Virus record (IMG/VR): IMGVR_UViG_3300033153_009093
Coordinates: 64,001-128,000 of that record
Length of the DNA: 64,000 nucleotides
DNA from: a virus
Strand: one strand, 5' to 3'
In this document: in pieces, positions 26,394 to 40,806 of the stretch
How the letters are laid out: every line of letters begins with the position of its first letter
How positions within the stretch are numbered: position 1 is the first letter of the stretch
Made by a program: the position numbers and the translations under genes
The notes under the pieces: generated by a model
What the model was told of the DNA's origin: nothing
The model's database searches: none
What the model saw: only the letters and a program-made list of their open reading frames with translations

Positions 26394-29300
26394 TTTTAAA
26401 CCATTCTAAATCAGGAAAAGATAAATCGCAGCCCGCTGTTCCTTTATATACATCTGTTAATATATTAAGCGATTTGCCGTTTACAGAATCTCCCATATCT
26501 TCCTCTCTAATATTTCCAAAACTATCGGTTTTTTTATACGTAGGATTTTTAACATAATCTAACCGCTTTACTTCAGCTATTAAATATTCATTATCAAGAA
26601 CATCAATCAATTCTACTTTATATCTAATATCCTTTGTTATTGTATAATTTTCACCATTAAATGTATAGTAAATTATTAACGTTGTATAATATTCGCCTGT
26701 TTGATTCGGTACATTAAATCCTCTTATTAATATTTTTAAATTATTTTTATCATATTTATAATAAGTTTTATTTATTATTTTTTCATTATTAGATTTAATA
26801 TTATAAATTTCATTAGTATCTCCGAATATAATACAATAATCTGTATCATTAATAAAATTATCCGCTATTCTTATTTTATCTATAACTAAATACGATTGAG
26901 TCGCTTTAAATATTTGAACCGGCATTTCAAATATCATTTTATAATTTGAATCTGATACAATGGTTATAGGATTTTCATTATAATCTACCGTTTTAATTAT
27001 CAAAGGATTTTCTAATACTTTTCTTTGCATAGCACTATGCAATTTATATGGCGAATTTGGCAAATTATATTTAGTATTATCTATAACTAATTGTAATGTA
27101 TTCTATTTTAAATTTTCAAAAATTATAGATAAATAATTATCTTCAGTATTAAATTTTATAGTATTATCACCCTTAAAATAAAATTCATATCCATTATTAT
27201 CTACTAATGAACTGTTAATAGAAGCGGATATAATATTATCATAATGACCATCGCAAGATAATGAGATATAATGAGATATTTTTAAACCATTATTTAATTT
27301 CATTTTTATATTTGTCTTAAAGTACCCACTACTATTAAAAGTATTAGATAAAAAGTTTGTATTTGTCAAGATATCATTGACATCATCAAATAGCCAATTT
27401 TCCTAATTTATAGTATCTTCTATAGGAATATTACCTGTTTCATTAAATAACTTTAAATGAAATTTTAAAGCTTCATCCTACATACTATGATTAGATTCAT
27501 TTTCTTTAATAGACGGAAATATAAAACTATTAGTATATGTACCACTTAAATCATTATTATAAATTTCCAGTGTTCCAGTATCCATTAATTTTGAAACTTT
27601 TTCATAAGATATTTCTGGCAATATATATTTATGAGATTTCCCAACTAAACTTAAATTTTTTGTTAATGATTTTGATTTTGGTGAATTTTCAATAGCTAAT
27701 TCATCTACTAAATTTGATAATATTTCAATAGTATTGCTAGGTATATTTTTATCTTTTCCTACAAAACTATTAGCTATACTTATGGCTAAATTTTCGCCAT
27801 AATCTCTAAAAAATAAACTTAAAATAGTTACAGGGTCAACTATTTTAAAATTCAATAAAATTCCAAATGTTTTAAAATCTTCTAAATCAAAATCATTATT
27901 TAAAATATATGATAGCAGCGTTTCATTTTTTACAGAAATAATACCATTTAATGAAAAAGAGAATTGATCAATGTTAGTTTGTTTACCTATTAAATATAAA
28001 TAATTTTGGTCTGTATCGATCATATTATTAACTTCTGTAAGTGCTGTCTCATCAGATGGTGAATTTACAAAATTACTAATATCATCTATAATATATTTCG
28101 ATGATGATGGATGTATTAGAGGTATCTTTATATAAATAACATCACCAAATTGAGTAGTCTAATTTATTATATCTGTTAAATTTGATCTATCTATTACAAC
28201 TTTATATGTTTCATTTACGTAAAATAAATAATCAATATCAACTAATGCATTATTATTTTCAACTTGCAAAATTGAAGAATTTATAAAAGATATTTTACTT
28301 GATGAAAATGTCTTTTCTATTTTATATTTATCGTTTTGATTTGATTCGTCTATATAAAATTGATTTTGTTCAAAATCAATTTGTACAATTTTAGCTGTCT
28401 TATCTATAAAGTTCATTACAGCCCTCAAATAATCATCTAATGAAGGTATAGGCAATTCAACTGTATCAATTATCGATGTCACATCAGTTTCTAAATCATG
28501 TTCAATTAAATCATATATAGCTATTCCACTTTCATAACTATCACTATAATCGGTCGCATCTATATCTTCTGTTAAAGATAATATTTTAAATTCTAAAGGA
28601 GCAATATTATATTCTTTATAATCATTAATAATTGTCTTTGGTGTATTATTTTCTTTTAATGAAAATGCTATTTTTTTATTATTGAATGATGAATTAAATA
28701 ATAATAATGTTGATTTTGATTTTGTGGGTTTGTCAATATAATTAACTAAATCCTTCTTATTATTACTACCAGAAAATAAATCATAATAATTTGAAGTATG
28801 GCTATCTTGACTATCCTAAAAAGCATTCTTTGCTAATGATGACAGCTCTTCCTTAGTTTTTTCTACCGAAACTTTTTTATCTATAACAAAAACAGTATTT
28901 GCCGATTCTTTATAAAACATATATGGAACAAACTATTCCAATTTTATATTATGAGAATAACAACCTAATAGCAATGAAGCTATATTAAACCCAAAATATT
29001 TTGGTTTATTTTTTATATTTAAATTTAAAGTAGTTGTAATACAATTATTACATTTATATCTTATTAAATAATTAAAATAATCCAATACTTCATATTTTGA
29101 ATTAGACTAAATTACATTATTTAATTCATCTTCTGGATTTTCTAAATCTTCATAATCCAATGGAATAGCAACGTATAAATCATCTGTACAGTTAAATATA
29201 TCAAAATATAATTCTGATACTTTTACGGCTGTTGAATCTATTGTTGATAATTTTATTTCTAATTCTATATTATGTACTATTTCTTTTTGCTATGAATATT

Positions 29301-32300
29301 CTGGATAAATGTCATAATATTCAATATAATCTAATAATTTAGGTGAATAAGTTGTTGCTGATTCTATATACTCTCCTCTATTTTTTACGTTCATTAAAAT
29401 GGAGCTTTCTTTTGATGAACTAAAATCAGGGTTATAACCAATATAATTATTATAATTATTATATAATTCATAAGTTAAATCAACATCTATAGGTATAACA
29501 ATATTATTATTAACATTATTTGATATAATAAAATTCATATTTATTTTGTATTCTTTTAAAATATCATCAATAGTTGTATGATCCGCAATATCAGTTATTT
29601 TACCATCTAATAATAATGCACCTTTACTTTCATCATAATATTCAATGTTATATAAATTTGTATATTCAAAATCTTCTACTAAATCTGATAATTCATTTAA
29701 TGAAAAACTTGCATATATTCGTATATATTTATTTTGATTATCATTTACTATATAAGGTAATACATTATTTTGATTATCAAATTTATTATATATAGTGCTA
29801 TTTTTATCGATAACGCTTATATCATCAATATCATAAATTGTAGAATCTGTTAATTCATAAAACCCTGTATCAGTATTGCCTATATAATTATTAAAAAATA
29901 AGCATTTCTTATTATCTGGTACATAATTCTATATATCATCATCTATATCAAATAACGAAAGTGATATATTTTTAGAATATATAACTTGAGGTAATATATT
30001 ATCCAATTCTGTATTATAAACTCCTACATTTACATCTCTGATGACTTCATTTATAATATCACTATAAAATATTCCTATTAAAATTACAGCAGTCGTAGAT
30101 ATAAAATTATCAAAATTGGAATAAAATTTTATTGATAAATTATTAAAATATGTAAATGTATTATATTCCATATTTACATATAATTTCTATTCTAATTGAT
30201 CTACTATATGTTCATTGGATGTAATAAGATTTTCTATATTGTAAATTAAATCATTTCCGGAGGTAGTGAAGTCCTCCATTAATATTTCAAATTGTACATT
30301 ATAAATATTATATGTATCAATATTATATACTTTACAATATAAAACCATTTTTGAAATATCGCCATGAATATTGCCGCCATTTTTTATTTCTAATTCTTTA
30401 TAATATATAGGCTTATGTGTGATATCATAACCGGAGATTAAATTCATTGCTCCGTTGATATATGTTATTTTATCAACGGGGTTACTGTCATAAAATCTTA
30501 CATAATTTCTTATATATTTATTACTATTATGTAATTCTAATTTATTAACATGATAATCTATATTTTCTAAATCGTAAATATTTACAATATCATAACTTTC
30601 AGAATATGTATCATAAATCATATAAATATATTCCATACGATTCTTATTTATTAGCGTAAAATCATTAAAATTCCACTGGAAAGTATTAGAATTATATGCA
30701 TTATAAACAACTTTATCATATTCTGTAAGTTCATTATCGCCATTGACATAATTATTTATAATATCTTTATATTGAGTGATATTATAATCCGTAGAATCGC
30801 TAGTTATAGAATGATTTATTATTTCTAATCCTATATAATTATTAATATCATTAATAGAATTATATGAACATATGTTCATATTATTGGAATTTAATAACAT
30901 AGGAACCGGAAAAGGTAATAATTTTATTTTTCCAGAATTAACATTATTAATAAAAGTTGTATAGTTTGTACTATTTAAATAATTAGAATTGCTATTATCT
31001 ATATCTATTGCTAATCCGTAAATTTTAAATCTATCATTGTCTACAAAGTTATTCGTTATTAGAATATTATTTATATTATCCGTAGCGTGTAATTTATATT
31101 CAAAATCATTTAAATTATCATAGTCTGATACAAAATTTATTTCCTCCTTTGACATTATATCAGTATAAGGAGTTAAAGCTACTGAAGAATCTAATAACTC
31201 TTTTCCTAATATTTCACCATAATGATAATTGTCTGCATTAGTATAATCAGATTTACTATAAGTGTAAATTTCTTGATATCTTTTTTTATAATACGGATAG
31301 GATAATATTACATTATCATTCTCTATTAAATCATTATCTATTTCTGAAAGCCTTATAATAAAATTATTATTTATATCTGACCTAAAAAAAACATTATTGT
31401 CTAATAATCTAAACCCACTGACATTCAATAAATTAGCTGTTGTTACATCTATATATAATTCTTTAATTGAGCTTTCTGAATTTTCTATTTCATTTTTTAA
31501 ATTTAGGGCGTTTAATTTTGTAGTAATATCTATTAATTCTAAATATTCCCCTATATTTAGAATTATATCATCATTTATAATACCAGTTTCAGTTATTTCG
31601 ATATTAGAATCTATTAATTTAAATATAAACTCCAACCCATAATAGATATCATCACCTAAAACAATTTTGTAATTTTCTAAAGTATATTCATCAAATACAA
31701 TATCTTTGCCATACTGAGTTGAATGTATTTGATTTGTAGAATCATTATTTATTTCATCAGGTTCATAACTATAATTATAATTCATATAATAAATATCATT
31801 AAATGTGCCGCTATATTTTTTTAATTCACCGGCTATTATGGAGTATTCATTATTAATAGTAATGATATCATATTGAACTTCATCAATATCATTATTATTA
31901 TAGTAATTATAAATGTTTTCTATGCCTAAATATAAATGATGAGTAGATAAACTATTAGGAATACTATAATTATATATTAATTTATCGAAAGAATAATAAA
32001 TTTTATCTATTTCAGTAATATTATTTTCTAAAAAAGAAGGTGTGTCAATATTATATTTATCTATTTTCAATATATGAGTATCATTATTATATAAATTATA
32101 ATTATCAATGTCAGTATATTGTTCATCGAAGTGTCTTTCAATTGATAATAATGATAATGGTAAAATTTCATTACCAAATTTTTCATAATATATTGAATCA
32201 TTATAATCTGATGTATTATAATATTTGTATTCATTTAATGTATATACAGTATCGTAATATAAATCTAACTATATAGGATTGAACCCCGGTGGGTTTCCGT

Positions 32301-32664
32301 TTATATAATTAGAACCTTTCATTAATTGTTGTCCAAATATATAAATACCGCTGATAAAGGGTTTATCTATTCCGTAATTGTCCCCATATAATATATTATA
32401 TTCGAACTGTTTTAAAAATACCGTTAAATATTTTTCATATTTTGGCGACTAATAAAATATGGCAGTATATTTATTTTCTTTATCATTTGCAATATTATTA
32501 CAAATGAATTGAACTTTATCATTAATTAGTCCATAATAAAAATTATTATCCATTAATGTATTGCTAGTTAAAAATAACTGTTTAATATATTTATCTAAAT
32601 ATAAACTTTCATAGTTAGTCAAATAATTATAATAAATATCTTCCAATTTGTAAAAACTTTCCAT
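26386..32664 (-). CDS. Very large virion protein (baseplate-wedge-like?), 2092 aa
   Basis: Track ORFs 32449, 30187, 29929, 29290, 28159, 27478, 27103 and 26386 share one frame. 12 TAG and no TAA/TGA until TGA 26386. Confidence 0.75.
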
Positions 32665-32744
32665 AATGAAACCAATTATATTATATTGTTTTTTGAAATT
32701 AATTATACAATTACAATATTAAATATTTTTTATGGTATCAAAAT

Positions 32745-35700
32745 ATGCTTTTTAAAACTAATTTATATAATAGAAATTATTACCCTATAAAGATTTTTTC
32801 TATTAATGAAAATATTCTCAATGATGATAAATCTACTATTTCAAATGATTAGATTATAACCAGTTCTACTTTCAATAATGATGAAGGAAAATTAATTAAA
32901 CCTTTTCAAACCACATCATAGATAACATCTGTGTCATTAAATGAAAATGTAAATAATTTTAAAGGATATATATATTTAGATTCTACTATATACACAGATT
33001 CTATTGATTATGGTACATTTGGAATATTATCAGGTTAGGAAGCAAATATAAAACATCACTTTGTTACTTTAAAAACTGGTAAGATTTTCAATAATAAAAC
33101 AGGGGGTGTATTTACAAAAGATGACGCTGATAGTTTATCGGAAGAATCTAATATCTCTTTAAAATTTAGTATGAAAGATATATCAGATTAGAATGAGATA
33201 TTAAATCATTTAGAAATGTCAGGATTTAGTGGATATGATATAGAAGATTATGATTTTTTTGGAGATGGAATAAATTCATTAACTATCAACTCTCCGCCTG
33301 ATGACAACTGCACTAATCAATTTGTTAGAGGAAGTGTAATAAATGATTAGGACACATTAACTGAATTTATTGAAAATAATAATGGCACATTGAAATTATA
33401 TAAAGAAAATGACAATATATAGTTTGACATGGAGCTACCCGGAAGATTATTATCTGATATATTTACTTCACTAGATACAAGTTATAAAAACATGATAACT
33501 TCAGAAGATTATGAAAAAAGTTCTAACTCTTCTATTGATTTGCCTATGTTACAATGGTCTATAGGCATGACAGTTATTTTGCAGTTAAAAAATAAAAATA
33601 ATAATACTCCTTATAAAATAAATTTAAAAATTGTTACGCCTTTAATATTCCTTTTATTATTACCTGAAAATGATATAATTGAAGCAAATAAAAGTGATAT
33701 TAAACCATTGCTTAATTTAATTAATAATCCTTCTGATCTTGATAAAAATACATTATTAGTTATACCAACAAAAACAAAATTATTAACTAATCCTTCCAGT
33801 TATTATTCATCTAATATAAAAGTATCACCCTTATCATTAAATACTTTATCGTTTGATACTAATGTAAATAAAGATACTTTTTTTACTATTAATAATGTTC
33901 AATAGAAAGCATCAGATTATTATACTGATAATGACTTAATAACTTTTTCGTCCGAATCGTTTCCGATAAAAAGAATTATACCATCCAGTGCAAATAAATT
34001 GATAAATAATAATTTTGACATATTTATAGATACTACTGGAATAACAGAAAGTTATATCAATACTCTAATTATTAATTATTCTTATGATGGTACAACTTAT
34101 GATATTGAAACTGATATTGAAATAATTCCTACTCTAAATGAAAATGAACCAGAAATAATATATTTACCAAATTCTATACTTGTTGAAAATTCTCATAAAC
34201 ATAAAGTAATACAAAAAGATTTATATAGTAGCAAATTTATTGACTGTATTCATTTTTCAACATTAGGAGAGGATAAACTTAATTTTCAATTAAAAAATAT
34301 AGGCGAAGCGAATGCGATAATTGAAAATGTCGAAATAGAAAATGCCTATAAATAGTTAGACGATTTAGCTAATATAGAAAATAAAACATCTAAGGATTTA
34401 GAAAATATCGAATTACTTACAGAATGTACTAATCATCACATTAGTGCTATGAAATATGTGAATAATTCTTTAACTGATATAGAATTAGAAAATTTAATTG
34501 AAAGATCTTCTATTAAAAAATATATAAATTTTACATTATCAAACATTAATCAATCTTCATATAATGCATATGGGACATCTAATTTTAAAATATTTTTTAA
34601 TATAAATAGATTTAAAACGGATATAAATTATTTAAATGGTATACCTTTAATATTTAAAATAATTTATAGAAAAAAAGATTCACCAATTAAATATACTAAA
34701 TATATATTCAATAAATCTGCTTTTAATTTAAAATTTGTAGTCGGTAAAATGGAATTATTGTATAATAATGAAGTGGAAGATATAAAATATATTAGACCTT
34801 CATCAAGAAATACTTTATTTGTTGATTTATATAGAAATATTAAATTTGACAATATTTAGAATTCTATGAGTAAATTATTATCGACCGGAGTTTCTATAAA
34901 AGATTGTAAAATATTAAATATAAATAATATTAATAATATATCGACTAATGAATATTTTATAGATCGTTCACAATTTCCATTAAGTGTATCTTCATTAAAT
35001 AATATAAATATTAATACGTTATCATTTGATTTAAATTTACAGAATGAAAAATTTTATAAATTTAAATTAAGAATATATACATCTTATGAATATATTCCTT
35101 TCATTGATATCCCTTTAAATGTAATAGCAACAAATGTGGATGTTGAAAGTATAATAAAATTTGATTCTAATGATTTTTATGTAAAAAATAATAAATATTT
35201 TTTATCATTAATAAAATTACAAACAAAAAATAGAAAATTATCTATAGTTAATACTTCTAATATAGATATTATGATATTAGATATAGACATTTACACCATT
35301 TCTGATCATTTTGGAAATGATAATTTTGATATTACATTAAATAATAGTTTTAATTTTCCGTTCAAAATGACTAATAAGAATTCTTTAAAATTAGATATTG
35401 ATTTTATTGGTAAAGATTTTGGACACTATAACAACTTTATAATATTAAAAACAAATTTAGGAGATATATATTTAAGCATTTCTTCTTTCGTAAATACAAA
35501 GTATAAAGATGTATATGTATTAATGGAAAATAGAAAGGGTACAAAATTTACATCAACATTAACTGGCAGTGATGTAGATTATATTAAGTTAATAAACTTC
35601 GGAGATGATAAATGTTTTACTGAAATAACTAAATTAGGAGGATAGAATTTAAATAATTTTAAAATATCCGAAAATGCAAAACTATTACCGAATACTACCA

Positions 35701-36620
35701 ATTATATAGAAAATGTATTTACTCCTACATCAACGGGTAAAAAAATAAGTTAGGCTGATTTTAAATTAAATGATATGCTAGAAACTTATAAATTATTAAT
35801 AGACGAAGAGACTTACATAGCTAAATTACAAAATAGTCATATAATTGCTGAAATGATAGGAACCGCATTAAGTGAAACGGCAGTGCCAGTATTTAGTAAA
35901 AGTATTATAGATTTTGGATATATCTCTACTGATAATAAAAATAGATTAACTAGAGTAGATACCTTTGATATTGAAAATTATGGAATAACTCCTTTTTTAA
36001 TAACAAAGATATCAAATGTAAATTCTAAATCTCCTTTTAAAATATCTTTACTAAATGAAAGTTATCCTATAAAGGTAAATAAGAAAATATCAATTCCAAT
36101 ATATATTGATAATACTTTATTAGATGACAATAATAAAATATATTATGATATATTTAAATTTGAATTGCAAGATTTAAAAACAAAAAATGTTTTTAGTAAT
36201 GATATTATTGTTAAATTAGAACTTACTGAAGATGATAAAAAATATATATCATTAAATTCAGAACTAATAGAATTTGGATATTGTGAAATAAATAATTTTA
36301 AATCTGATTCCGTATCCATTAAAAATTTTTCAACAGATAAGTTATCATTAGATATATCTTATAGTGGCGATATAGAATTACAAACATTGAAAGAATTCGC
36401 TATCAATTTATAGCCTAATCAAACCTTCGATTTGCCTATTTATTTCTATCCTCATGGAATTGATAATTTTGAAGGTATAATACAATTAAAATTTGATGAC
36501 GATTATATTAAAAATATAAACCTTTTTGGGTATGGTGTAGATTTTCAGTTACCTTTGATAAAAATCGAAAATGAATTATTAAAGTATACTAACAATATTC
36601 AACAATATTTAAATAAATAA
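32745..36620 (+). CDS. Large virion protein with tandem Ig-like (ASH / choice-of-anchor-D-like) domains, 1291 aa
   Basis: Fuses ORFs 33429, 33999, 34449, 34866, 35775 and 36432; 12 TAG. Repeated motifs LKNIGEANAII, IVNTSNIDIMI, IENYGITPFLITKI, IKNFSTDKL...LPIYFYP...EGIIQLKF...INLFGYG. Confidence 0.7.
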
Positions 36621-36666
36621 TATTTTACGGAATCGGTTATTTATCGCCTATTCCGTAAAATATTAT
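36617..36666. terminator. Bidirectional hairpin between convergent genes
   Basis: 17-bp inverted repeat ATAATATTTTACGGAAT / ATTCCGTAAAATATTAT located at the convergent stops 36620 (+) and 36663 (-). Confidence 0.6.
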
Positions 36667-37061
36667 AATCCAAATTCCTATAATATTTTATATAAGTTCA
36701 AAGGTTTCTTAACAGGGTAGTATACATTATCAAAATATACCACTAAACTAGAAATGTTATTCAATATTTGCTCAGACACTTCATCATACTTAACATATAC
36801 CATTAATGAATATTCTGTTCCTAATTTAGTATCATTTTCTTGCACAAATAACTTATTATAAGTATATATACATTTCATGCTATCTATATGAATATAGTCG
36901 TCCTGTGATATTGTAGTCATATCAACTGCGCTGTCATCAAAGGGGTTATTGACATTATTATAATTTGGCAAACATAAATCGCACATCGGATTATCAATCA
37001 TATTTGCTATTAAGTCAAACGCTTTTGATTGTATTGCCACTTTTAATTTCGAATATTCCAT
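36663..37061 (-). CDS. Hypothetical protein, 132 aa
   Basis: Track ORF 36678..37061 plus one TAG (KIL*EFGL) to TAA 36663. Confidence 0.6.
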
Positions 37062-39664
37062 TATTCCACCATAACAACATCGTCTAAGGTAACATTAAAT
37101 ATATAATCACTGTTATATGATATATATGAATATTTTAAATTAATATCATATTCATATATATGATTATACTTTCTATAATTTATTAACATTTGGACATAAC
37201 CTTCAGATGATATTTGATAAATTGTTGAGTCGCTTAATAAATCTTTATTTAATATAACAGGATTATTATTATTAGTATTAAATGATAATTCATTTACAGA
37301 TAGATTAATAAATTTATTATCATCAATATTATATAAAGTAATTAAATCATTATAATTATTTATCGAATTTATAAAATAATCAGAAAATGTATAATCATTT
37401 TCATCTGAATATAAACTATAATATGCATACTAATCTATTCCTATTACTTTATTAAATATAATAAATTTATTATCTGTATCCATGATATCATCATATTTAA
37501 AAAATGTTACAAGAAATGTTCCGGTCGTATCTGTTATATTTACTTTGTAAATATCTTCCCCTATTAATACTGACATCACATCTTCATATTCCGCAACATC
37601 TGTATTATCCATATCATAAGATTTAATAATATTAACGTCTGTTAAAATAAAATCTTGTAAATTTTCATAATTAGTTGTATCTATAGTTAAAATATCTTTA
37701 ACATAAGAAAAGGTATAATCGATTACTATAGGATCTTTATATATTTCAGTTAACTGTAATTGTTTTATTTCATTATATAAATGATAAATCAAATCATAAT
37801 TCAATTTATCATTTATATAATATTTATTAGATAATAGATAATAGTAATCAAATGAAATTGTTTGAATATAATCGAAATATAAAAATTTATACTTATAAAA
37901 GCTTTCATCCAATACCGTATTATTTCTAATAAAATGATTATCTAAAATATCTAATGCATCATTTTCATTATCAATCGCTATAATAGATAGCATATTATGA
38001 GGTAATATATTTATATCATCATTTATTAGTATAACATTATCTATTCCATTAGTATGTATATAATAAGATAATGAGTATTCTTCGCTTTTTATAAAGTCGT
38101 TATAGATTACATTTGCAGTATCAAATGTTTTATTAAATTTATACAAGTTATCAAAATCCTAAGATAAATTATATATATAATTATGCAATTTATTATAGTC
38201 CTACTATTCATCCATATAATCATTTACTACAAAATCAATTTCATAATGATCTACATCCAAAGAATATGAGTAATATAATTCATCATTATTTATAGGTATC
38301 AGTCCACCTATAGCAACTTTATATTGTCGTAAATAAAATGTTTCGTAGTTTATATTATCAGACACATATAAAACTATCGGCAAATTTGTAGTAGTGTCAA
38401 ATCCTTGGATATCTATAAATTCCGCTGTCTCTATACTTCCAATATTTGAATCTACAAAATCACCATGAATATCCTAAAATTCTATTTGCTTTGTTAAATA
38501 ATTTCTATACTTTTTAATACTATTATAGCTACTTATAAATTCATCATAATCTTCATCTAATATAACTGTAGAATCATTATTGTAAGCTGTTTTTATATAG
38601 TTATATAAATAATTATTATATGATTTAAATTCTATATTGACTATCTCTTCTTGTTTATATAACTTTAATTGATTTGATGTTATCGAATTACTTGGTACCT
38701 AATCTGATAAAGTGCTTTCCTCAATATCATTAAATGTAAATTTTAAATCCTATCTAACAAATGGATGCGGATAATTATCCACATATTCACTATGTCCATT
38801 TTCTGTTACTTTTATACTATAAGGATATTTATCTGCGCTAGTTACAATATATGAATATTGCTCAAAACTAAATATTGCCGATGGAATGTAACTTTTAACA
38901 TCATTTAAAATATCATATAATGTATTTTTTAATTTATAATTATCTTGGCTTCCGTAAATATATACATACTTTTCATATCCATTAAAATTTATTTTAAAAG
39001 TAAATCCATTATAGATAACTTTATATGGTAAATAATTTGAATATATATATAATTCTTTGTATGATAACGAATTTTGCAATTGTTCAAATTCCGATTCATT
39101 TAATCCTTCAGTTTTTATTAATACTAAATCAGGATATTCTATATTTGATTTAGGATAATATACTGTTGTAGGTGTCTCTATTTTCTTTTCAACTATATTA
39201 AATAAATAATCATCAATGGGATCTATTTCTATTCTATTATACGAAATAGATTTTATCGATGATAAGTAACCGGAGTCCTTTTCATTCTTTATAATATTAT
39301 CTACAAATATACCCTTAGTATCAATATCATTTGAATAGGTCTAAATAAATTTTATATTATTAGGATACTTTATAGATGTTATTATAAATATTTCACAAGC
39401 ATTGAATTTTGATAATATCATCTAATGAATAAGCTATAATTTTTCTACATTAGATAAATTGGCATCAATTTTTACATCATCAATTTTATCATATAGCCCA
39501 TATACATATTTTATTATTGTTGAGCTTTTATTTTCTGAATACTTATGATATAGATATGTTGAAAAAATATAATCCATTTTTTCATTAACGGCATATTGTT
39601 GCATACCTATCGTATCGCTGAATATGTATTCTATATTTAGATTATTAGAATTAAATCCTAACAT
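37061..39664 (-). CDS. Hypothetical virion-region protein, 867 aa
   Basis: GAGGT RBS. Fuses ORFs 39434, 38750 and 37430; 10 TAG including a tandem TAG-TAG at 38201-38206. Its TAA overlaps the next ATG. Confidence 0.7.
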
Positions 39665-40281
39665 TATATAGACCTCTATAAAAATTTACTTAATTCTAAA
39701 TTATTTATATCATTAGATATAAATAATTTTATATCACTATCGACTATTTTATTCTTTATTACATTATCTTTAAAAATATAAGCTATTTTATTATTAGATA
39801 AATTGTAAATTGTAGGAAATATATATACCAATTCGTTATCAACTGATAATAATATTATAGAAGAAAAGTTATTTATATCATTATCAGAATCTATGGTAAG
39901 AATTAACATATTATTAATATAACTAATATTCTTTAATTCAATAATTTGAGTATATGTATTATATAATATAGATGAATAATTTATCCAGTACCTATAAATA
40001 TCACTGTATTCATCATTACCATCATTGTATGATACAGTTAAATCAATATAATCCTTATTTATAGAATTGCCTATATTAATAATTTTAATATACCCTTTCA
40101 AGTTATAAGAAGTGTCCTTTACAATTGTAAAAGGTGTGTTTATATATTCTATATTTAGATTATCCGTTGACGTAATATCGTCAATTTGGAGGTCTGCGGT
40201 TCCTTGATTAATAATATCAAATCCGAAATTTTTTAATGTATATAATTCTTTTATACCAAGTTCAACACTGTATTCATTCAT
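39664..40281 (-). CDS. Ig-like-domain protein, 205 aa
   Basis: FDIINQGTADLQIDDI...PFTIVKDTSYNL motif. Reading through TAG 39676 gives a TAA that overlaps the next ATG (TAATG). Confidence 0.55.
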
Positions 40282-40292
40282 ATCAATTCCTA

Positions 40293-40802
40293 TTAAATAT
40301 TTGTAACATTAGAAAAATTCGTTAATAGATTATCTTGATCTTTTGTATCATTTAAATATTCAAAAAAATTATCTAATTCAATATATCTATTAACTGAAAC
40401 CAAATAATTTAAATCTAATGATAGCATATTAGGAATGATATAGTTTGTATCATCAAATTTTTTTATCTACACTGCTATTAATGTTTTAGTGGATGAAGGT
40501 TCATTCTATTTATAAGCACTATCGGTATTGATAGTAATATTATTAATAGGTTTATAATTTAAATTGTACTCTTCTATATTTAATGATTCTGATAAATTAG
40601 TAACTATTTGATTAAATATATATACATTATTATTTTCAATAAAATTTGAAATATTTATTTCATTAATAATTAAATCATTCTATAAAGTATTAATATATGC
40701 CAAATCTTTTTCTTCGGTATATCTAATGATATATAAATCAAATAACATAAACATCTAAGTAGATAAGCATAATTTAAAATTATCATTCGTGTACTATTTC
40801 AT
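40293..40802 (-). CDS. Hypothetical protein, 169 aa (absent from the ORF track)
   Basis: ATG 40802 to TAA 40293 with 5 TAG (MK*YT, LST*MFML, LIAV*IKK). Confidence 0.6.
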
Positions 40803-40806
40803 AATA

